Origin: Escherichia coli
Lineage (GTDB): Bacteria > Pseudomonadota > Gammaproteobacteria > Enterobacterales > Enterobacteriaceae
Length of the DNA: 64,000 nt
Assembly: GCA_002099625.1 (NCBI GenBank)
Contig: GCA_002099625.1_4857.1
Strand: one strand, 5' to 3'
A program made the translations under genes and the position numbers. The notes beneath the pieces are model-generated. The model searched no databases. It saw only the letters and a list, made by a program, of their open reading frames with translations, and had not been told where the DNA came from. Of this stretch, positions 58,446 through 64,000 are shown in pieces (position 1 is the first letter of the stretch; the number at the start of each line of letters is the position of its first letter).

Positions 58446-58475
58446 TCGTAAATGCTCCTTTTGGTTACCTCGGTA

Positions 58476-58490
58476 AGATAATATCTATCT
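58476..58490 (-). promoter_or_regulatory. conserved 15-mer AGATAATATCTATCT (copy 3 of 5), in a 66-bp divergent intergenic region
   Basis: Exact 15-mer; 30 nt from the minus-strand ATG at 58445 and 21 nt from the plus-strand ATG at 58512, so it could serve either gene. Confidence 0.55.
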
Positions 58491-58511
58491 GTTTTATTTT
58501 AAGGAGAGACG

Positions 58512-58835
58512 ATGCTAGATAAATTTGCTACCTTATCCGAAATAATACCTTCGCCTGATTCGACCAAGTATAAGGTGTTGCATGACTATACAGACTTCCT
58601 TCGCAAACACCCAGATACTACAGAAGAAGTTGTTGACCCAAAATATGCCTACCCAGAGGTACACAGTTTCTACGCGTACTGTCGTCTCAAACAGTACGAT
58701 AATAGTATTATTTATCCGATGATGTTAATGAACGGAATTTCTACTCCGTTTGATTTCACGCCAGAGATAAGGACCTTATTGGTTCCTAGTGTCGGTGTGG
58801 TAAGTAACATCTTATCGACTATCGTAGAATCTTGA
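58512..58835 (+). CDS. hypothetical small protein (107 aa), visibly more AT-rich than its neighbours
   Basis: ATG with AAGGAGAG RBS; lone plus-strand gene; lower GC and different codon usage by eye. Confidence 0.5.
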   Translation: MLDKFATLSEIIPSPDSTKYKVLHDYTDFLRKHPDTTEEVVDPKYAYPEVHSFYAYCRLKQYDNSIIYPMMLMNGISTPFDFTPEIRTLLVPSVGVVSNILSTIVES

Positions 58836-58866
58836 AAAAAAGAAGGGACGCCCAGTCCCTTCTTTC
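58834..58866. terminator. terminator hairpin between convergent genes
   Basis: Hairpin GAAGGGAC-gccca-GTCCCTTC (58842-58862) with an A-run upstream (U-tract for the minus strand) and a weak TTTCT downstream. Confidence 0.5.
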
Positions 58867-58872
58867 TAACGC

Positions 58873-60240
58873 TTAACGTAAATTAGCTGATGAGAATGGT
58901 AGGTTGCCTAAACTGCTGCTACTTCCGCCACCTAAACCACCCAGACCACCTAACACGTCACTACTCCCTCCTAAGAGGTTGGTGCTACCGCCGCCCAACT
59001 GCGTGCTACCCCCCAAGAGATTATTACTACTTCCCAGCAAACCAGAACCCAGACCACTTTCTTTCGTCACCGCATTACCACGCAGCGCCTCACCGAGAGA
59101 CAGTTCTTTAATTGTCCCTTTCGGTAAATGGCCGTTGTTCTCACGCAGCGCTTCCTGAATCTTCGGTGCTAACGCATTGAAGCTATTAGCTGAAGACGCC
59201 TGTTGCGCTTTCTTCGCACGGAAATAGTTTACCGGATCGTTGAGATCAAGATTTTCCTGCGGAGCTTGTTGAGAAGCTAAAGCAACGACCGGCTTTGTGC
59301 CGGCAGGTGTACGCCCGATACGGAAATCCGTTGCGGTGGTGTCTGTTGCCTGATCGGTGCGTGGGCCGGTATTATACGGCAGAGTTTGGATAACGTTATC
59401 ATAAACGCTCATGTTATCCAGTTGGCCAATCCATTCTTCTTCTAACGGACGCAGTGGAGTGTGGTCACGCAGACCACGAACCACTTGATTGTAGTTGGTC
59501 ACGTATTGTGCCCAACCGCGTGCCAAAGAACCGAAGTACGGACGCGGATCGTTAGAACCCGTAACCGAAGGATACCAACCAAACACTGCAGTGAGCAGGT
59601 TAAAGATAATGACCTTATCCTGCTTACGCTGGAGCTTGGCACCGAAGAATGTTGCCGTACCATCCAGCGACTCTTCTTCAAACATGTGTTTGTAGTTCGC
59701 CACACGGATATATTTGATACCTTCAATGGTCATATCGCTGGAGATGAAGATACTGGTGATCTTTGTCTTTTTATCTTCTTCCAGCAACCCGTAAACGTAG
59801 TTCTTCACTGCGTGCCAGCTCTGAACCAGTTTCTTATCCATCGTTGGATCTTTCAGGTCAGCACAAACCACATCGCTTAAAAACTTCTTGTACGCTGCCA
59901 GACGGATATTTTTTCCTTCGGCTGCTGTTTCCAAAATCGCATCGATTAACTCGAAGCTTTTCAGGAAGAGGTTCGCGTTGATGGCTTTCTTCAGGAAACG
60001 AATCGTTCCAGATTCGCCAGCCAGTACCGATTCACACAGTGGGTGGAACGCATGACATTCACTACCTTCGTCATCTTCCAACCCACGCTTAATCATCGCT
60101 GCAGTTGGAAGCACCAAGCGGCGCTTCACTTTGTTGTAGGTGAACATTGCCGGATGACCATCATCGATAGTCAGCATGTCACCTTCGAATCCGTATCCGA
60201 GCGAGGTCAGAAACGAACGGTAGAATTCAATCAATTTCAT
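58873..60240 (-). CDS. hypothetical protein with Gly/Leu/Ser-rich low-complexity C-terminal tail (455 aa)
   Basis: C-terminal ~60 aa GLGSGLLGSSNNLLGGSTQLGGGSTNLLGGSSDVLGGLGGLGGGSSSSLGNL... Confidence 0.55.
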   Translation of the reverse strand: MKLIEFYRSFLTSLGYGFEGDMLTIDDGHPAMFTYNKVKRRLVLPTAAMIKRGLEDDEGSECHAFHPLCESVLAGESGTIRFLKKAINANLFLKSFELIDAILETAAEGKNIRLAAYKKFLSDVVCADLKDPTMDKKLVQSWHAVKNYVYGLLEEDKKTKITSIFISSDMTIEGIKYIRVANYKHMFEEESLDGTATFFGAKLQRKQDKVIIFNLLTAVFGWYPSVTGSNDPRPYFGSLARGWAQYVTNYNQVVRGLRDHTPLRPLEEEWIGQLDNMSVYDNVIQTLPYNTGPRTDQATDTTATDFRIGRTPAGTKPVVALASQQAPQENLDLNDPVNYFRAKKAQQASSANSFNALAPKIQEALRENNGHLPKGTIKELSLGEALRGNAVTKESGLGSGLLGSSNNLLGGSTQLGGGSTNLLGGSSDVLGGLGGLGGGSSSSLGNLPFSSANLR

Positions 60241-60252
60241 GGTTAATAATCC

Positions 60253-61953
60253 TTAATCAATGAGACCGTTGCCGAGTCCGTTTCCGCCTATACCGCCTAA
60301 GCCACCACCCAGGTCAAGACCTCCAAGAGGATCTAAGCCACCTGTGTTAGTTGGAATGTTAGATAGCATTCGACCCCGGCCTTGGCCTTTCTCGAATTCT
60401 GTATAACCTTCTTCCACGGCTTTCAACAGCGTTGCGGTGTTCTGTGCCAGCTCACCAACGTATTTGAGATCGGTGGTGTTGCCGGTATGGAGACGGAATT
60501 GCATAAACGACGCGTAGGTGTAATATTCCAGCGGTTCGTCGTCGACACGGATTTCAATACGAGTAACGGTCCCCAACAATGCGGTGACCAGCATGTGGCA
60601 GCGAATATGGTTATGTTTAGTAACCTGAACCATCGCTTCTTTCATGTTCTGCAAGAAACGACGACCTAATGCAGCAGGTAACTGATGGTGCGTGATGCTG
60701 CTGACTGAGTTAGGAATAACTTCCAACGTAGGCTCTATCATGATATCTGTGTTGCGGTTATCAAAGACAAAGCTCACTTCACCAATCAGGTTACGTGACA
60801 TAATCGGCCCGATAGACATAGCCAGATCATACGCAACTAGACTACCCTGCGTGGAGAAGCCATTACGTCCAATCCAGTGGTCGGTTTGGTTAACCAGCCC
60901 TGCACCCAACCCACGGCGACTTGCCAGCGCCAGCGATTCACGGATACATTCATCCAACCGCATTGGGTTGACAATCGCATTACGCAAATCAGCCAAACGG
61001 AACGTCGCCTTACTGGTTGCTTTCCAACCGCCAGATACATCAGACATCCCGTTCTGGAGTGCTTGACGCATCGCAGCAATCAGTTCGTGGTTGCTGTAGT
61101 TACGGATAACACCACGCTGCTTCAATTCAGATTCAACGCCGATGGAGTTATTACCTGCAAAGAAGCTTTCCACGCTACCGAGTTCGGTATCTACCCCAGA
61201 GCTTGCCAGATACGCATTACTGATGGCAGATACGTAGTTTTCTGGACGCTGGAGTTGGGATACCATCAACTGTGGTGCAGAGCTACTGGTTGCGGATAGC
61301 ACAGAGTCGCTCGTTGGGACGAACTTCTCACCGCTATTCATTTCAATACGTTTTACCATGTCCGCTGCTTTCGCGATCGAAATGATATCTACCGTACTTT
61401 CTGTTTGACCTTCAACAGACAGCGCTTTCGATAAAACGTAGTTATCCAGTAGACGGAATGAGTCTGGGTTCAATGTTTTGCCGCCCAGGGCATCGTGTGT
61501 ATACGTTGCCTGTAAGCCGTAGATGTCGTTAATGTACAACACCATATCGTCCGGCAGCAGGCTACCCAGGCTGGTTTCTGCCTGACTGGTATAACCGGAT
61601 ACGATGTATTGCGTTTCCTGAGTGCGTGTTGCATTCAGAGGTTTAGCAATAAACACCGCCACGAAGTTAAAGATACCGGTATCACGTGATTCCCATTGGA
61701 ACTGTACAGGACGATTGTCATCATCGGACACGTTGATGAATGGACGCTCAAAACCATTCTGGGTGCCATCGAAGCCCACGATGGCAGATAATGCTTCTTG
61801 ATACTGCTGTGTTCCCACAGCTTTTTCCCCGCCCAGTTCAACCGCTGCTGCTAAGTCATCCAGTGCACCCGTCGATGCGTTAAAGCCGATGCGGCGACGA
61901 ACTTGCTCTGGAACATCGTAGACCGGATACATCAGTAGATTTACAAGCTGCAT
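60253..61953 (-). CDS. hypothetical protein with Gly/Leu-rich C-terminal tail (566 aa)
   Basis: C-terminus GGLDPLGGLDLGGGLGGIGGNGLGNGLID; adjacent to another Gly-tailed protein. Confidence 0.55.
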   Translation of the reverse strand: MQLVNLLMYPVYDVPEQVRRRIGFNASTGALDDLAAAVELGGEKAVGTQQYQEALSAIVGFDGTQNGFERPFINVSDDDNRPVQFQWESRDTGIFNFVAVFIAKPLNATRTQETQYIVSGYTSQAETSLGSLLPDDMVLYINDIYGLQATYTHDALGGKTLNPDSFRLLDNYVLSKALSVEGQTESTVDIISIAKAADMVKRIEMNSGEKFVPTSDSVLSATSSSAPQLMVSQLQRPENYVSAISNAYLASSGVDTELGSVESFFAGNNSIGVESELKQRGVIRNYSNHELIAAMRQALQNGMSDVSGGWKATSKATFRLADLRNAIVNPMRLDECIRESLALASRRGLGAGLVNQTDHWIGRNGFSTQGSLVAYDLAMSIGPIMSRNLIGEVSFVFDNRNTDIMIEPTLEVIPNSVSSITHHQLPAALGRRFLQNMKEAMVQVTKHNHIRCHMLVTALLGTVTRIEIRVDDEPLEYYTYASFMQFRLHTGNTTDLKYVGELAQNTATLLKAVEEGYTEFEKGQGRGRMLSNIPTNTGGLDPLGGLDLGGGLGGIGGNGLGNGLID

Positions 61954-61965
61954 TTTAAATACTCC

Positions 61966-63600
61966 TTAAGAATTAAACCATTCAACTTCTTCTAACTTGC
62001 GACGTGCATTCAACACCATAAACTCCGCCAGGCTATTGTGCAGTGACAAGTGAGGTATATAGTTTGGCTGATCCGTCTCACACTTCAGCAGCGCAGCTGC
62101 TTCTGGTGTAGCCCTGAGATGGAACAGATACGGGTTGATGTGATCCTTGTGTAACAAGGTCAGTGATTCCCGTGGTGTAGATTGCGGTTCGAGATTACGC
62201 GGGTTGCGATACTCCTGAAGATAATATCTATCTAAATCTGCTTTGAGTTCAGATCGAATTGGGTCGGCTGCATAACCGGCAGACATCTCAGAACGCACCA
62301 TATTGCAACTTAACAGTTGCGCAACGTCATACATTCCATAATTGAGATAAGTTGCCTGTGCCAACGCCATACCGTAGCGAAACGCTTCTGGCCCACATTC
62401 AGTATACGTCTTATAATGCGCGCTACGATGGAGTGCTAATGCGACTAACCATTCGTGCAACGTATAGACAGGACCGTCATGTGTTGCCAGTTGCGAATCA
62501 ATCAATAACTTAACATCTGCTGGAGCGGCATTATCCAGACGCATTGTTTTCAAGAAAGAGCGGTATTCTTTAAATACGTACTCGGTACGGACGTATTCTT
62601 TCATCTGTGCAGGAGAACGTGCCTGCACCAAATCCATGGCGTTTATCTTACCCTTTTCGCCATTGAATACCACACTTTCCGGATGCGCTTTTAACAGCAC
62701 CGGCTGGTTAGAGATTTTGTTTGCAAAACCTGTTTCAATCTCTTGTTTAACCAGAAAATACATGCCGGTGACGATATTGTTGTTAACCATGATTTCAACC
62801 GGTAATTCACCACCGACTTCACGGACAGCCAACAATTTAATAATAGCATACGCCAGGATATAATCTTCCATCATATCCGTGCCATAGCCCCGCACCGTAG
62901 CCAGTACCGACAAACTGGTGCTGTTCGTACCTTTGTTTGCCAGTTCTTTTTCTACCTTTTCCATCACTGTCTGTAGGAACCCACGCAGTTTCGGAATAGC
63001 AGGTAAAGACATGACTTCCGTGTCTTGAAGCATCTCCAGACAGTATGTCAGATTGTACACCATTTTCCGGTGTGTTTCGATTGGCAAGTTCTTACCTATC
63101 GGGAACGTCCCCATGGTGAGGAACACCGGAATATACGGTTTAATCATCAGAACCAGTATCAACAACTCGTAATAGTCCGGACGAATGTACGTCATCGCTT
63201 CCGGATAATTACTGTTCATTTCATCGTGCGTATCTTCCATGTTCTGCGGAATCCACAGCTTATCGATGGGATACAGCTTACGATACACTTCGGCCTTGTG
63301 GAACTTCGCAATCGTCTGCACAATCTTCGGCATGTGCTTACGCTGCGTTTCCGTCGATTCGTTTGCCAGCTCGTCCAGCATCAGATACGCCATGAACAGT
63401 TCATCTTGTTCGTCTGGCGTTAAATAATCCCACACGCGTTGTAATTCCATGAAGAGAATGTTGTCGCGTGCAATCTGTTTACCTTTAACAGTGATGTAGT
63501 CGGGTGCGTTGTTATCCTTCCGATAACGTAAGCCAATAAATGTGACCTCTTGACCGTGATGCTCGATTGTCATCCGGTCTTTAATCTTCGTAATTTTCAT
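61966..63600 (-). CDS. hypothetical protein (544 aa)
   Basis: ATG with GGAG RBS; promoter 15-mer 34 nt upstream; one further 15-mer copy is embedded in its 3' coding region. Confidence 0.55.
   Translation of the reverse strand: MKITKIKDRMTIEHHGQEVTFIGLRYRKDNNAPDYITVKGKQIARDNILFMELQRVWDYLTPDEQDELFMAYLMLDELANESTETQRKHMPKIVQTIAKFHKAEVYRKLYPIDKLWIPQNMEDTHDEMNSNYPEAMTYIRPDYYELLILVLMIKPYIPVFLTMGTFPIGKNLPIETHRKMVYNLTYCLEMLQDTEVMSLPAIPKLRGFLQTVMEKVEKELANKGTNSTSLSVLATVRGYGTDMMEDYILAYAIIKLLAVREVGGELPVEIMVNNNIVTGMYFLVKQEIETGFANKISNQPVLLKAHPESVVFNGEKGKINAMDLVQARSPAQMKEYVRTEYVFKEYRSFLKTMRLDNAAPADVKLLIDSQLATHDGPVYTLHEWLVALALHRSAHYKTYTECGPEAFRYGMALAQATYLNYGMYDVAQLLSCNMVRSEMSAGYAADPIRSELKADLDRYYLQEYRNPRNLEPQSTPRESLTLLHKDHINPYLFHLRATPEAAALLKCETDQPNYIPHLSLHNSLAEFMVLNARRKLEEVEWFNS
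62219..62233 (-). promoter_or_regulatory. conserved 15-mer AGATAATATCTATCT (copy 4 of 5), embedded in coding sequence
   Basis: Exact 15-mer inside 61966..63600 (encoding DRYYLQ), about 265 nt upstream of the start of 60253..61953; candidate internal promoter. Confidence 0.4.
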
Positions 63601-63634
63601 TATAGTTGAACTCCGCGAATAGTCGATTGCACTG

Positions 63635-63649
63635 AGATAATATCTATCT
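63635..63649 (-). promoter_or_regulatory. conserved 15-mer AGATAATATCTATCT (copy 5 of 5), putative phage promoter
   Basis: Exact 15-mer 34 nt upstream of the ATG at 63600. Confidence 0.55.
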
Positions 63650-63696
63650 CAATCTTCTTACAGTGTGTGTTGCAGGACCACGCATAAGCGTTAATA

Positions 63697-63735
63697 GCCC
63701 AAGGTTTCCCTTGGGCGTATTTTTTATTTTGTTTC
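63697..63735 (+). terminator. hairpin plus T-tract oriented for the plus strand, located just past the stop of a minus-strand gene
   Basis: GCCCAAGG-tttc-CCTTGGGC (63697-63716) followed on the plus strand by GTATTTTTTATTTTGTTTC; on the minus strand it is preceded by an A-tract and lacks a U-tract. Confidence 0.45.
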
Positions 63736-64000
63736 TTAGAGGAATTCGTCGTAAGAATCAGTGGTTGCTGGAGGTGCAGATTGTTGCTGTTGATAACCGC
63801 CGCTACGCTGACCGCCACCCTGGCCACCGCCGTATCCGCCACGACCGAAGCTACCACCACCTTGCTGGAATTCACGCGGCTTATATTTCTCTTCCAGGTT
63901 CTGTAAGAACTTCTCGAAGTTAGTGATAAACGCACGTGCACAGCGCTCAGCAAGTTCTAAATCAGAAACCTGCTGGCCGTCGCGGAAAATACGGAAACCT
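63736..64000 (-). CDS. protein with Gly/Gln-rich RGG/YGG-type tail and acidic C-terminal tip (N-terminus outside window)
   Basis: Frame read by hand: ...NLEEKYKPREFQQGGGSFGRGGYGGGQGGGQRSGGYQQQQSAPPATTDSYDEFL-stop. Differs from the track ORF 63600..63953, which runs across the promoter and hairpin in another frame. Confidence 0.45.
   Translation of the reverse strand, partial: GFRIFRDGQQVSDLELAERCARAFITNFEKFLQNLEEKYKPREFQQGGGSFGRGGYGGGQGGGQRSGGYQQQQSAPPATTDSYDEFL

Noticed and set aside
63600-63953. 117-aa minus-strand track ORF
   Set aside because: It reads through the promoter 15-mer and the hairpin; the alternative frame ending at 63736 gives a coherent Gly-rich C-terminal tail.
1-64000. 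tRNA genes, CRISPR arrays, IS elements, integrase and attachment sites
   Set aside because: No non-coding stretch is long enough or shows tRNA-like conserved arms; no spaced direct-repeat arrays; no transposase or integrase-like ORF or terminal inverted repeats were seen.

Overview
The window reads as a densely packed, almost entirely protein-coding segment of a large lytic phage genome, most consistent with a phiKZ-like jumbo phage of an enterobacterial host (GC looks near 50% by eye); I see no host genes, integrase, tRNA, CRISPR array or IS element. About 60 ORFs are supported, mostly on the minus strand with three short plus-strand islands. Calls resting on recognisable motifs are: a C-terminal fragment of a multisubunit RNA polymerase beta subunit (56208..58445), translationally coupled to a possible beta-prime-like fragment; an SF2 DExH helicase; a standalone DnaQ-like 3'-5' exonuclease domain (split family-B polymerase); a RuvC-like resolvase; dihydrofolate reductase; a GNAT-like acetyltransferase; and an HExxH metallopeptidase-like protein. 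Three genes show strong host-like codon bias and bracketing terminators: a 765-aa major capsid candidate and a tandem pair of paralogues with identical termini and acidic propeptide-like N-terminal regions. The most striking non-coding signal is a perfectly conserved 15-mer (AGATAATATCTATCT, 5 copies) and a second ~40-bp element (2 copies), both placed just upstream of minus-strand genes and often right after an intrinsic terminator; I interpret these as two classes of phage promoter. Other points worth a second look are two tandem ~48-aa paralogous mini-proteins in a hairpin-rich island, back-to-back divergent start codons sharing a palindromic Shine-Dalgarno, a repeat-rich intergenic island at 22.6-22.8 kb, and recurrent Gly-rich or acidic tails on several large proteins. 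All functional calls are from reading motifs in the translations; no database search was run, and most ORFs remain hypothetical.
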